DNA of 64,000 nt from Gammaproteobacteria bacterium (GTDB taxonomy: Bacteria; Pseudomonadota; Gammaproteobacteria; Arenicellales; Poriferihabitantaceae), in the NCBI GenBank assembly GCA_028817405.1, contig JAPPPS010000105.1, positions 6,757 through 70,756 of the forward strand. Direction: 5' to 3'. Below the pieces are notes generated by a model. The model saw only the letters and a program-made list of their open reading frames with translations, was not told the origin of the DNA and searched no databases. A program made the position numbers and the translations under genes. Below are positions 20,049 through 29,884 of this stretch, in pieces. Position 1 is the first letter of the stretch. Each line of letters opens with the position of its first letter.

Positions 20049-20629
20049 GTTGCGTGCAGTCGCCGCACTTGCGGTTGCAGTTCGTCGATGCCGCGGTTGT
20101 TGTCGATAACATCATCGGCCGATTTCAAACGCGCGGCGTCGTTGACTTGGCTGTTCATCACGCGCTGGATGTCGGCGCGGCTCATGCGGTTGCCGGCGCG
20201 TTGTTCGATGCGGCGCACGCGCTCGTCGCGCGCGCAAGTGACGACTAACACCCGGCGCATGTCGAGATGCCAGCCGCTCTCGATGAGCAGCGGAATGTCG
20301 AGGATGCAATACGGCCGCGCATCATCGCGCGCGCGCGCATTCATCTCGGCGCGAATCGGCGGGTGCAAAATCGCCTCCAGTTGGCGGCGTTTTTGTTGCG
20401 AGGCGAATACCATGCGGCCGAGTCGGCGGCGGTCGATGCGGCCTTGCGCATCCAAAATCTCGGCGCCGAATTGCGCCGCGATGGCGTCGAAAGCCGCGCC
20501 GCCCGGTTGGCTGAGTCGCCGGGCGATGCGGTCGGCGTCGATGACCGTCACGCCAAGCGCGGCGAACGCTTCAGCCACGGCCGATTTGCCGCTGCCGATG
20601 CCGCCGGTGAGTCCGACCTTGGCCGCCAT
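20027..20629 (-). CDS. coaE: dephospho-CoA kinase
   Basis: 'VGLTGGIGSGKSAVAEAF' P-loop. ATG at 20629. Converges on mutT and overlaps it by 22 nt. Confidence 0.92.
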   Translation of the reverse strand: MAAKVGLTGGIGSGKSAVAEAFAALGVTVIDADRIARRLSQPGGAAFDAIAAQFGAEILDAQGRIDRRRLGRMVFASQQKRRQLEAILHPPIRAEMNARARDDARPYCILDIPLLIESGWHLDMRRVLVVTCARDERVRRIEQRAGNRMSRADIQRVMNSQVNDAARLKSADDVIDNNRGIDELQPQVRRLHATYTAMFS

Positions 20630-20819
20630 GGTTGTCTCCGAGTCGCGTGCGCGATTGCACAATTGCCGAGGCCCGATAATGCCAGAAATCCGGCCGCGCC
20701 AGTCGCGCAAAAGTACAGCGCGCGAAATGAATCGAACAACCGACCGCGGTTGGGGGTAAAATCGCGCCCACCGTCACCACCGCAACCGTCGCCAAACCGT
20801 TCCGCGCCGCCGCGCCCCG

Positions 20820-22631
20820 ATGCTCGCCGCTGACCAATCACACATCCGCAACTTCGCCATCATCGCGCATGTCGACCACGGCAAGTCGACCCTGGCCGAC
20901 CGTTTCATTCAGTTGTGCGGCGGCTTGGATGCGCGCGAGATGAAAGCGCAGGTTCTCGACTCCATGGACTTGGAGCGCGAGCGCGGCATCACCATCAAGG
21001 CGCAGAGCGTGATGCTGAACTACACCGCCGCGGACGGTCGCGCGTACCAATTGAATCTCATCGACACGCCGGGCCATGTGGATTTCTCGTACGAAGTGTC
21101 GCGCTCGCTGAACGCATGCGAGGGCGCGTTGTTGGTGGTCGACGCCACGCAGGGCGTCGAGGCGCAGACCGTCGCCAACTGTTACGCGGCGGTGGACTTG
21201 GGTCTCAGCGTGATTCCGGTGTTGAACAAAATCGACTTGGATGCGGCGCAGCCCGAGCGCGTGTTGAAGGAAATCGAAGATGTCATCGGCTTGGACTGCG
21301 GCGGCGCGCTGGCGGTCAGCGCGAAGACCGGGCAGGGCGTGGAAGCGGTGCTGGAATGCATCGTCGAGCGGTTGCCGGCGCCGGGCGGCGACCCGGACCG
21401 GCCGCTGCGCGCGTTGGTGCTCGACTCATGGTTCGACAACTACCTCGGCGTGATTTCATTGCTGCGCGTGGTCGACGGCGCGCTGCCGTCCGACAAAAGC
21501 AAAGTGCGCATGATGTCCACCGGCCGCGACGCGCAGGTTGAACGCGTCGGCGCGTTCACGCCCAAGGCCGTCGATGTGCCGCAACTGCCGGCCGGCAGCG
21601 TCGGCTTTATGGTCGCGGGTTTGAAGAATGTCGCGGCGGCGCGGGTCGGCGACACGGTGACATCGAGTCGCGAACCGGCCGCGGAACCTTTGCCCGGGTT
21701 TCAAGAAATCAAACCGACCGTGTTCGCCGGTTTGTATCCGGTCGACAACGCGCAGTTCGAAGCGTTTCGCGTGTCGCTCGATAAACTCGCGCTGAACGAC
21801 GCGGCGCTGGCGTTCGAGCCGGAATCCTCCGCGGCGCTGGGTTTCGGTTTCCGCTGCGGCTTTCTCGGCATGCTGCACATGGAAATCGTGTGCGAGCGTT
21901 TGGAGCGCGAATACGGTTTGAACCTCATCGCCACCGCGCCCACGGTGGTCTACGAAGTCCTTCTGAAAAACGGCGAGACGCGCCGCCTCGACAACCCCGC
22001 GCAGTTGCCGGAAGCGTCGGCCATCGAGGAAATCCGCGAGCCGCGCATCGCCGCGCGCATCCTCGCGCCGCATGACTTCGTCGGGCCGGTGCTGTCGTTG
22101 TGCGTGGAAAAGCGCGGCGCGCAGCGCAACATGCGCTATCATGGGCGGCAGGTGATGCTGGAATTTGACATGCCGCTGAACGAAGTGGTGCTGAATTTTT
22201 TCGACCGGTTGAAGTCGGTGAGCCGCGGCTACGCGTCGCTGGACTACGACTTCACCGGCTTCGCCGCCGCGCCGATGGTCAAGGTGGATGTGCTGATTAA
22301 CGGCGACCGGGTGGAGCCGCTGGCGGTGCTGGTGCACCGTGAGCAGAGTCAGTATCGCGCGCGCGAGTTGGTGAAGCGCATGCGCGAATTGATTCCGCGC
22401 CAACTGTTTGATGTCGCGATTCAAGCGGCCATCGGCGGGCGCATCATCGCGCGCGAGACGGTGCGCGCGCTGCGCAAGAATGTCACCGCCAAGTGCTACG
22501 GCGGCGACGTCTCGCGCAAGCGCAAGTTGCTGGAAAAGCAAAAGGCCGGCAAGAAGCGCATGAAACAAATCGGCGCGGTGTCGATTCCGCAAGAGGCGTT
22601 TCTGTCGGTGCTGCAGGTGGAGCGGGAGTAA
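20820..22631 (+). CDS. lepA: elongation factor 4 (LepA)
   Basis: '[20 protein letters not shown]', 'DTPGHVDF', 'NKID', and the LepA-specific C-terminal domain. Confidence 0.98.
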   Translation: MLAADQSHIRNFAIIAHVDHGKSTLADRFIQLCGGLDAREMKAQVLDSMDLERERGITIKAQSVMLNYTAADGRAYQLNLIDTPGHVDFSYEVSRSLNACEGALLVVDATQGVEAQTVANCYAAVDLGLSVIPVLNKIDLDAAQPERVLKEIEDVIGLDCGGALAVSAKTGQGVEAVLECIVERLPAPGGDPDRPLRALVLDSWFDNYLGVISLLRVVDGALPSDKSKVRMMSTGRDAQVERVGAFTPKAVDVPQLPAGSVGFMVAGLKNVAAARVGDTVTSSREPAAEPLPGFQEIKPTVFAGLYPVDNAQFEAFRVSLDKLALNDAALAFEPESSAALGFGFRCGFLGMLHMEIVCERLEREYGLNLIATAPTVVYEVLLKNGETRRLDNPAQLPEASAIEEIREPRIAARILAPHDFVGPVLSLCVEKRGAQRNMRYHGRQVMLEFDMPLNEVVLNFFDRLKSVSRGYASLDYDFTGFAAAPMVKVDVLINGDRVEPLAVLVHREQSQYRARELVKRMRELIPRQLFDVAIQAAIGGRIIARETVRALRKNVTAKCYGGDVSRKRKLLEKQKAGKKRMKQIGAVSIPQEAFLSVLQVERE

Positions 22632-22731
22632 GCGGTCGCGCGGTTAATGATTCATCGATTCAGTATGCGTGGCCGATTTAAGCCGCGCCAAACTGAACCA
22701 TCGAAACCATCGAAATGAAAACGGAGGACGC

Positions 22732-23532
22732 GTGGATTTTTCCTTAGTGCTGTTCGTGTTCGTGGTCGTCACCGGCGTGATTTCGCTGGGCTACCGGTTC
22801 ATCGAGCGCCGCCGCATGGCAGCAGAGGCCGCGGCCGCATCGCCGGCCGCCGGCGACGCCCCGGCGATGCGCCGCCCGCCGACTTTGGTGGAGTATGCGC
22901 GCGCGCTGTTTCCGGTGGTGTTGGCGGTGTTTCTGCTCAGGTCATTCGTGGTCGAGCCGTTTCGCATTCCGTCCGGCTCGATGCTGCCGAGTTTGCACAT
23001 CGGCGATTTCATTTTGGTGAACAAGTTCTCATACGGCATTCGCTTGCCGGTGATTCACAGCAAAGTCGCATCGGTCGGCGGCCCGGCGCGCGGCGATGTC
23101 ATGGTGTTTCGCTACCCGAAGGACCCGGCCTTGAACTTCGTCAAGCGCGTGGTCGGCTTGCCCGGCGATGTCATCGAATACCAGGACAAGGAATTGTTCA
23201 TCAACGGCGCGATGGTGGCGCGCGCCGCGGCCGGCGAATTCCCGTTCAACGCGTACGGCCGCAAAGGCGAAAGTTACTTGGAGCGCATCGACGACGCCAC
23301 GCACGCCATCGTCATCGACCCGGCGGTGCGCGGGCGGGACATGCGGGTGACGGTGCCGGCCGAGAGTTATTTCGTCATGGGCGACAACCGCGACCACAGC
23401 AACGACAGTAGGTACTGGCGGTTCGTGCCGGAAGACCATGTGGTGGGGAGGGCGTTCTTCATCTGGTTCAGTTGGAAAGGCTGGGGCCAGGGCGGCGTGC
23501 ATTGGAGTCGCATCGGCAGTCGCATTCAGTGA
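22732..23532 (+). CDS. lepB: signal peptidase I
   Basis: 'PSGSMLPSL' catalytic Ser box, 'VKRVVGLPGD' Lys box and 'GDNRDHSNDSRYW'. GTG at 22732 follows a GGAGGA sequence (22723-22728); the ORF-track ATG at 22669 is the alternative. Confidence 0.9.
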   Translation: MDFSLVLFVFVVVTGVISLGYRFIERRRMAAEAAAASPAAGDAPAMRRPPTLVEYARALFPVVLAVFLLRSFVVEPFRIPSGSMLPSLHIGDFILVNKFSYGIRLPVIHSKVASVGGPARGDVMVFRYPKDPALNFVKRVVGLPGDVIEYQDKELFINGAMVARAAAGEFPFNAYGRKGESYLERIDDATHAIVIDPAVRGRDMRVTVPAESYFVMGDNRDHSNDSRYWRFVPEDHVVGRAFFIWFSWKGWGQGGVHWSRIGSRIQ

Positions 23533-23690
23533 GCGCCGACAACGACAACGCCAGCGCCAGCGACAACGCCGGTAGCGTCGACGCTACCGATGCCGGCGCC
23601 GCCGCGACGGTCGCCCACGGCCATGGCCACGGCCACGCTCACGGTGCCGCGCCGACAACCTACGGTGTCGCGCCGGCCGCGCGCGCCGCC

Positions 23691-24389
23691 ATGCCCGGCT
23701 CCACTTGGTCGTCGACCTTGGAATCAAAACTCGGCCACCGTTTCGATGACCGCCGTTTGTTGGCGCGCGCGCTGACCCACCGCAGTCGTTCGGCGGCGCA
23801 CAACGAGCGCCTCGAACATCTCGGCGACAGCGTGCTGGGTTTCATCATCACCGATGCGTTGTATGCGCGGTTTCCGGACTCCGCGGAAGGCGACTTGACC
23901 CGCATGCGCGCGCAGTTGGTGCGGCGCGAAGAGTTGGCGGCGCGCGCGCGCGAGTTGGAATTGCAGCCGTGCTTGCGACTCGGCGGCAGCGTGGCCGGCA
24001 ATGTCGCGCGCAACCAAGGCGGCGACGCCGGCGACGCCATGTTGGCCGACGCTTTCGAGGCGGTGCTCGGCGCGGTGTATTTGGACGGCGGTTTGGAGAC
24101 GGTGAAGCGCGTGATATTCGACTTGTTCGCGGCCGCGCTGGCGCATATCTCGCCGCACAGCCCGAAGGACGCCAAGACGCGCCTGCAGGAGTTGCTGCAA
24201 AAACGCGGCTGGCCGCTGCCGCAATACGAAGTCACCGACTGCGCCGGCAAGTCGCATGCGCCGGTGTTCACGGTGGCATGCACGGCGCGCGGTTTGGCGG
24301 AGCCGGTAACCGCCATCGGCGACAGCCGCCGCGCCGCCGAGCAGCGCGCCGCGCAGGGCGTATTGGAGCGCCTGGCCGGCGATGCCTGA
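23691..24389 (+). CDS. rnc: ribonuclease III
   Basis: 'ALTHRS', the 'NERLEHLGDSVLG' signature and a C-terminal dsRBD. ATG at 23691. A GTG at 23529 that overlaps the lepB stop would add a 54-aa low-complexity N-terminus. Confidence 0.9.
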   Translation: MPGSTWSSTLESKLGHRFDDRRLLARALTHRSRSAAHNERLEHLGDSVLGFIITDALYARFPDSAEGDLTRMRAQLVRREELAARARELELQPCLRLGGSVAGNVARNQGGDAGDAMLADAFEAVLGAVYLDGGLETVKRVIFDLFAAALAHISPHSPKDAKTRLQELLQKRGWPLPQYEVTDCAGKSHAPVFTVACTARGLAEPVTAIGDSRRAAEQRAAQGVLERLAGDA

Positions 24390-25371
24390 GCCGCACCGCT
24401 TCGGCGTCATCGCGCTGTCCGGTCCGCCCAACGCCGGCAAGTCGACGCTTCTCAACCGCATCATCGGCGAGAAGATTTCCATCATGTCGCGGCGCGCGCA
24501 GACCACCCGCCACCGCATTCTCGGCATTAAAACCCTGGCCGCGGCGCAACTGGTTTTTGTCGACACCCCGGGTTTGCAACGCCGGCCGCCGAAAGGTTTG
24601 AACCGCGTCATCAACCGCACCGCGCTCAACAGTTTGGCTGATGTGGATTTGATTTTGTTCATGATTGACGGCCGCGGCTGGACACCGGAACTGGAGCAAC
24701 TGTTCGCGCAAGTCGCGCGCGCCGGGCGCGCCGCCGGGGCCGGCGCGGCCGGTGGCGCCAACGCTAACGGCGACGGTGGCGCCAACGTCAACGCCGACTC
24801 AAACAGCGCGCCGGTGATTCTTCTCATCAACAAAATCGACCGGTTGAAAGACCGCGCGCGCCTGCTGCCGATTATCAAACACTCGGCCGAGTTGCATCCG
24901 TTCAAACAAATCATTCCGATTTCGGCGCGCAAGTTCAGCGATGTCGACAACTTCCTCAACCTCATCGCCGCGGAGTTGCCGGAAGGCGGGCCGGGTTTTC
25001 CCGCTGACCAGTTCACCGACCGCAGTCAGCGATTTTTGGCCGCGGAACTGGTGCGCGAACAAACGCTTAACTTGTTGGGCCATGAGTTGCCGTACGCCAG
25101 CGCGGTGGAAGTGACGCGGTTTGAATACCGCGGCGACAACCTGCTGCATGTCGCGGTGATTGTCTGGGTGGAAAAAACCAGTCAGAAGTCCATCGTCATC
25201 GGCCGCGGCGGCCGCCAACTCAAAGCCATCGGCCAGGCCGCGCGCAAGCAGATGGAAAAAGCGTTCGGCGTGCAGGTTTATCTCGAACCGTGGGTGAAAG
25301 TACAAAGCGGCTGGGCCGGCAACGCCGCGATGCTGCGCACGCTCGGCTACTTGGAAGAAGAACGCGCTTAG
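24382..25371 (+). CDS. era: GTPase Era
   Basis: 'GPPNAGKSTLLN', 'DTPG', 'NKID' and a KH domain C-terminus. Carries a low-complexity insert, ARAGRAAGAGAAGGANANGDGGANVNADSNS. Confidence 0.95.
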   Translation: MPEPHRFGVIALSGPPNAGKSTLLNRIIGEKISIMSRRAQTTRHRILGIKTLAAAQLVFVDTPGLQRRPPKGLNRVINRTALNSLADVDLILFMIDGRGWTPELEQLFAQVARAGRAAGAGAAGGANANGDGGANVNADSNSAPVILLINKIDRLKDRARLLPIIKHSAELHPFKQIIPISARKFSDVDNFLNLIAAELPEGGPGFPADQFTDRSQRFLAAELVREQTLNLLGHELPYASAVEVTRFEYRGDNLLHVAVIVWVEKTSQKSIVIGRGGRQLKAIGQAARKQMEKAFGVQVYLEPWVKVQSGWAGNAAMLRTLGYLEEERA

Positions 25372-25389
25372 AAACATGAAATCGCAACC

Positions 25390-26229
25390 ATGAAAGTGCA
25401 CCAACAACCGGCGTACTTGCTGCGCGCGCGGCCGTTCGCCGAGAGCAGTTTGATGGTGGATTTGTTCACGCGCGAACACGGCCGCCTGACGGTGCTCGCC
25501 AAAGGCGCGCGGCGCGGCAAGTCGCGGGTGCGCGGCGTGCTGCTGCCGTTCCTGCCGCTGTTAGTGAGTTGGAGCGGCAAGGGACAGTTGCCGACGCTGA
25601 CTTCGGTGGAAACTCGCGCGGCCGGCCCGGCCGGCGACGGCGCGACGGTGAACGGCGCGACGGTAAATAACTCGACGGTGAGCGGCGGCGCGATGAAAGG
25701 CGAAACCTTGGCCAGCGGTTTTTACCTGAATGAATTGCTGCTGCTGTTGCTGCACCGTCACGACGCGCATGAGGCGTTGTTCGAGCATTACCACGACGCG
25801 GTCGCGCAACTCGCGGCCGCGCCGTCGCCGCGCCAGGTGCTGCATGCGTTGCGCGTGTTCGAGAAACATTTTCTTCGCCACATCGGTTTCGGCGCGATGT
25901 TCGACCGCGACGCCGACACCGGCCAAGCCATCGACGCGCAAGGGCAATACCGTTATCTGCCGGAGCGCGGCCCGGTGCGCGCGCGCGCATCGCATGAGGC
26001 GGATGCGGTGGCTGAGACCGATGCGTTGCCGGTCAGCGGCCGCACTTTGCATGCGCTGCGCGACGAAGACTTCCGGTCCGATGTCGAGTTGCGCGAGGCG
26101 CAGCGGTTGACGCGCGCGCTGATTGAGCGTCAGTTAGGCGGCCGCCAGTTGCGCTCGCGGCGGGTGCTGCGGGAGATGAGTCGCTACGGTGGCGGCAACG
26201 GTGGCGGCGGCGGCAACGGTGGCGGTTGA
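25390..26229 (+). CDS. recO: DNA repair protein RecO
   Basis: 'AYLLRARPFAESSLMVDLFTREHGRLTVLAKGARR' OB-fold N-terminus at the era-recO synteny position. Carries internal GATVN-type repeats and a GGGNGGGGGNGGG tail. Confidence 0.9.
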   Translation: MKVHQQPAYLLRARPFAESSLMVDLFTREHGRLTVLAKGARRGKSRVRGVLLPFLPLLVSWSGKGQLPTLTSVETRAAGPAGDGATVNGATVNNSTVSGGAMKGETLASGFYLNELLLLLLHRHDAHEALFEHYHDAVAQLAAAPSPRQVLHALRVFEKHFLRHIGFGAMFDRDADTGQAIDAQGQYRYLPERGPVRARASHEADAVAETDALPVSGRTLHALRDEDFRSDVELREAQRLTRALIERQLGGRQLRSRRVLREMSRYGGGNGGGGGNGGG

Positions 26230-26272
26230 TTCCCGGCCGCGGACCGTCCATGATGGCGGCAACCGGAGAGCA

Positions 26273-26380
26273 ATGATGAACCTGAAACGATTCTGGTCCG
26301 ACTTGAGCGTCTGGAACAAGTTCGGCGTTTGTTTTGTGTTGGCGGTGGTGGCGTTGTTGTTGGCGTTGCTGGCGATTTAA
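26273..26380 (+). CDS. hypothetical 35-aa single-pass membrane peptide
   Basis: MMNLKRFWSDLSVWNKFGVCFVLAVVALLLALLAI. GGAGAG lies 3-8 nt upstream of the ATG, and there is a clear hydrophobic helix. It converges on the aceF stop. I recognised no homology. Confidence 0.3.
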   Translation: MMNLKRFWSDLSVWNKFGVCFVLAVVALLLALLAI

Positions 26381-26383
26381 CCG

Positions 26384-27814
26384 CTACAAAAACAACCGCC
26401 GCACATCGGCGAACGCGCGCGCCAGATACGCGGCGAAGCGCGCCGCCGCCGCGCCGTCGATGGCGCGGTGGTCGTACGACAAATCCAGCGGCAGCATCAA
26501 GCGCGGTTGAAACTTCTCGCCGTCCCACACCGGCGTCATGCGCGCGCGGGTGATGCCGAGGATGGCGACTTCCGGGGCGTTGACAATCGGCGTGAACGCG
26601 GCCCCGCCGATGCCGCCGATGCTGGAGATGGTCATGCAGCCGCCGCGCATCTCCTCGGCTTTCAGCCGCCCGGCGCGCGCGCGTTCGCTCAACTCGGCCA
26701 TCTCCGCGGCCAACTCGAACAGCCGCTTGCGCTCCGCATCCCGGATGACCGGCACCACCAAGCCGTGCGGGGTGTCCACGGCGATGCCGATGTTGCAGTA
26801 TTTTTTGACGATGAGATGCGCGCCGTCGGGGTGCAATGAGGCGTTGAAAGCGGGGAACTCGGCAAGCGCGCGCGCCAGGATTTTCACCGCGAAGCCGAGC
26901 ACGGTGACGCGCACCCCGGCCTTCTCGGCCTCGCCTTTCAGCGACCGGCGGAACGCCTCCAAGTCGGTGATGTCGGCGTCCTCGTGGTGCGTGACATGCG
27001 GGATGTTGAGCCACGCGCGCTGCAAGTGCGGGCCGGACAACTTGGCGATGCGCGACAACTTCTGCAGTTCCACCGCGCCGAACTGGCTGAAATCGACTTC
27101 CGGAATCGGCGGAATGCCGCCGCCGGCCGGCCCCGGCCCCGGCGCGCCCGGCGCGCCCGGCGCGCCGCCGAGCGACTCCCGCACCCACGATTTAACATCG
27201 TCCTCGACGATGCGCCCTTTGCCGCCGCTGCCGTGAATCTGCGCCAGCGGCGCGCCCAATTCGCGGGCGAAACGGCGCACCCCCGGGCTGGCATGCGGCG
27301 GCGCGACCCCGGCGCGCTCGACCGGCGGCGGTAGCGTCGGCGGCGGACGGTGGGAATCGGCGGACGATTTTTCCGGCGACGGTTGCGGTGACGGTGCCGC
27401 CGCCGACGGTGCTGGCGTCGATGCGGCATCGGCGGTCGGCAGTGATTCCGCCGCCGGCGATTCGGGTTGCGCCGGCGGCTGCGACGGTTGCGGCGACGGT
27501 GCCGCCGTGTCCTCAGCCGGCGCGGCCCCGGCATCGGTCGTGTCCTCAGCTGGCGCGGCCCCGGCATCGGCCGGCCCCGCCCCCTCCGCCAACACCGCCA
27601 CCGGCGTCCCCTGCGCCACCATTTCCCCGACCGCCACGCGCAACTCGGTGATGACGCCGGCGCACGGCGCGGGAATATCCATGGTCGCTTTGTCGCTTTC
27701 CAGCGTGACCAGCGGGTCTTCCGCGGCCACCGTCTGCCCGGCGCTGACCAGCACCTCGATGACTTCGACTGCGTCGAAATCACCGATGTCCGGCACTGTT
27801 ATTTCGGTCGGCAT
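26384..27814 (-). CDS. aceF: pyruvate dehydrogenase E2, dihydrolipoyllysine acetyltransferase (single lipoyl domain)
   Basis: Lipoyl site 'LESDKATMDIPAP', Ala/Pro linkers, an E3-binding domain and the catalytic 'DHRAIDGA' motif. Confidence 0.95.
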   Translation of the reverse strand: MPTEITVPDIGDFDAVEVIEVLVSAGQTVAAEDPLVTLESDKATMDIPAPCAGVITELRVAVGEMVAQGTPVAVLAEGAGPADAGAAPAEDTTDAGAAPAEDTAAPSPQPSQPPAQPESPAAESLPTADAASTPAPSAAAPSPQPSPEKSSADSHRPPPTLPPPVERAGVAPPHASPGVRRFARELGAPLAQIHGSGGKGRIVEDDVKSWVRESLGGAPGAPGAPGPGPAGGGIPPIPEVDFSQFGAVELQKLSRIAKLSGPHLQRAWLNIPHVTHHEDADITDLEAFRRSLKGEAEKAGVRVTVLGFAVKILARALAEFPAFNASLHPDGAHLIVKKYCNIGIAVDTPHGLVVPVIRDAERKRLFELAAEMAELSERARAGRLKAEEMRGGCMTISSIGGIGGAAFTPIVNAPEVAILGITRARMTPVWDGEKFQPRLMLPLDLSYDHRAIDGAAAARFAAYLARAFADVRRLFL

Positions 27815-27856
27815 GATATTGAACTTGCGGATTGTTAAAAATGCGTTTCGGCCATT

Positions 27857-29020
27857 CTACAACAATTTTTTCAGCAGTCCATATTGGTCAGCGTTCGCAT
27901 CGCTTGCATTAACGATGAATAGTCCAAACCCGTTCTTGTCGGCCTCGGCGACAATTTCCGAAATGAAAGTCCGGTCGGCGGCGCCGGCGTTGTTGTCGGC
28001 CAAGAATTGATTAATCTCGGCGTCGCTCATCGCGCTGTGCAAACTCCCCCGCACAACATCCGAAGTCAATCCAACGGCGGTTCGGTGCGGCATGCGTTTG
28101 CCGTTTATCATCAGCGTTTTAATGTTGCAAAACAGCGCTGATTTAATAAACGCGTCTTTGATGTCGATGCGCGACGGCAACCATTTATTTCGGGAGTGTT
28201 TTTTCTCAATCAAGAACACATGGCCAGACACAACGGTGCATTCATCGGCGGTCCAGTTATACAAACCGCCAATCAGGTTTTTCATGGTGACCGTGGCTTT
28301 GCGCGCCACGGTTTTCTCCTTGGGCTGGTCGGTTAAGCGCTCGCGGTTTTGCGCGTTTTCCGCCAACGCGCGCGACAATTGTTTAAATTTTGCGACATCG
28401 TCGGCGATGATTTGGATTCGCTTTTTAATGCCGCCTTCCCCGTGCAGGCGCACCCCGGTACGACGGGCAATATTACGATAGGAATCCAAAGTTAATCGGG
28501 CGATTTCGGACAATTGGTCCATCTGCAACAAATTCCAGTGCAAAGCGCTGGAATGATAATTGCTTAACTCACAAATTTTCTTGTGCACATGTTGGTAGTC
28601 CATGACTTGTTTGGTGATTTTATTTTTACGCGTCTGCCCGGGGCGCGTCGTTTTTTCCGCTTCCACATAATAGCAGGGGATTACATAAACATTCAGCACG
28701 CTCATCAGCGACACCGTGTCCCATTGCAAAAAATCACGGTCGCCGTCCGCGCCTTCATCTTTGCAGAACGGGATGAGAGTGACGCGGTTTTTCATGCGCA
28801 GCGTGTCGTAGACGCGCGCATAAGGAAAGGTGCGCGTCCTTTTAGGGGACAACCATTGGCTGACGGCAAATTTATTGCCGTTGCAATCAAGCAGAAACGC
28901 GCCTTTTGACTTCAGATTGCCCGCAAGCAAGTCGCCCGCCGTATATGATTCCAGTTCGACCGGAATGCGAGGTTCATATGTGACCTCTTGGAGTTCGGCA
29001 AAAATATTGACAAAATTCAT
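27857..29020 (-). CDS. putative restriction endonuclease (unassigned family; candidate PD-(D/E)xK site in the C-terminal half)
   Basis: 387 aa in low-GC sequence. It is the last gene of the M-M-R cassette, 9 nt after the Dam-like gene. Candidate catalytic motif 'WTADECTVVSGHVFLIEKKHS' (D259...E272-x-K274; nt about 28199-28246). I recognised no other family signature. Confidence 0.55.
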   Translation of the reverse strand: MNFVNIFAELQEVTYEPRIPVELESYTAGDLLAGNLKSKGAFLLDCNGNKFAVSQWLSPKRTRTFPYARVYDTLRMKNRVTLIPFCKDEGADGDRDFLQWDTVSLMSVLNVYVIPCYYVEAEKTTRPGQTRKNKITKQVMDYQHVHKKICELSNYHSSALHWNLLQMDQLSEIARLTLDSYRNIARRTGVRLHGEGGIKKRIQIIADDVAKFKQLSRALAENAQNRERLTDQPKEKTVARKATVTMKNLIGGLYNWTADECTVVSGHVFLIEKKHSRNKWLPSRIDIKDAFIKSALFCNIKTLMINGKRMPHRTAVGLTSDVVRGSLHSAMSDAEINQFLADNNAGAADRTFISEIVAEADKNGFGLFIVNASDANADQYGLLKKLL

Positions 29021-29029
29021 ATCGACCTC

Positions 29030-29884
29030 CTATGCGCTTGCAGGCGTTTGGTCCGCCTTTGTCGCATAGTCCCGACTCATGATGAGAACTTCGTTGGAAA
29101 CTTTGCTCGCATTCATGCCGTACGTCCATGTCGGCGTCTTAAACGGATAGCCGTTGTACAGTTCGCGCACCGTCTCGCAGTCGTTATACGACAGTAGCCA
29201 GTTGTCGTGTTGAGACAGCAGTTTGGCGAGGCCTTCATGGTCAAAATCCTGGTGATGGTCGCCGCGCGTGCCGTATAGTTTGGATGCGATGCAGTACGGC
29301 GGGTCCAGGTACAAAAAATCGGCGCGGTGGCGGGGAATGGATTCGCTGAAGTCGGCTTTGGCGACCTGCAGGTTCTGCAACTTAAAATCGCCCAGTCTGT
29401 TGATGCATGCGACGGTAAAACGCGGATGCCCTGGCGACATGCCCCCGGACAAAGTGGTGCCGGAAAAAGAGCAGCGGTTGAGGGCGAAGAACGCGGCCGC
29501 CGATTCGACGGGGTCGGCGATGTCGGAATGCCGTTTCTGCAGGGCGTAAAAGGCGTCCTTTTTCATCGGATAGTATCGCCGCACGGTGTCTGCCAAACCG
29601 GCCGCGTCTTCCAACAGCGTCCGCCAAAAATTAACCAGAGGTTGGAAGGCGTCGTAAGCGAAAACTTCAACGCCGCGCGCGGCCAGCGCCAACTCGACCG
29701 AGCCGCCGCCGATAAACGGCGAGCAGAGTCGCTCAATGCCGGGCGGCAACGCATCGAGAATGCAGTTGACGGCGCGAGATTTGCCGCCCGGATAACGCAA
29801 CGGCGATTTGGCTGTCGCGCGTTCCTGTTCGCCCCATGCAGGCGGCAGCATGGACGATTGTTTAAGCGGGGCGACGCTGTTCAT
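29030..29884 (-). CDS. Dam-like (D12-class, alpha) N6-adenine DNA methyltransferase
   Basis: 'PLRYPGGKSR', motif I 'SPFIGGGSVEL' and motif IV 'FLYLDPPY'. ATG at 29884, with 29851 as an alternative. The ORF-track N-terminal extension to 30058 overlaps the upstream gene and is rejected. Confidence 0.88.
   Translation of the reverse strand: MNSVAPLKQSSMLPPAWGEQERATAKSPLRYPGGKSRAVNCILDALPPGIERLCSPFIGGGSVELALAARGVEVFAYDAFQPLVNFWRTLLEDAAGLADTVRRYYPMKKDAFYALQKRHSDIADPVESAAAFFALNRCSFSGTTLSGGMSPGHPRFTVACINRLGDFKLQNLQVAKADFSESIPRHRADFLYLDPPYCIASKLYGTRGDHHQDFDHEGLAKLLSQHDNWLLSYNDCETVRELYNGYPFKTPTWTYGMNASKVSNEVLIMSRDYATKADQTPASA

Noticed and set aside
20733-20762. TAAAAT hexamer (20757-20762) considered as a lepA promoter -10 box.
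   Set aside because: No acceptable -35 lies at 16-19 nt spacing (best match 3/6). It is too weak to report as a feature.
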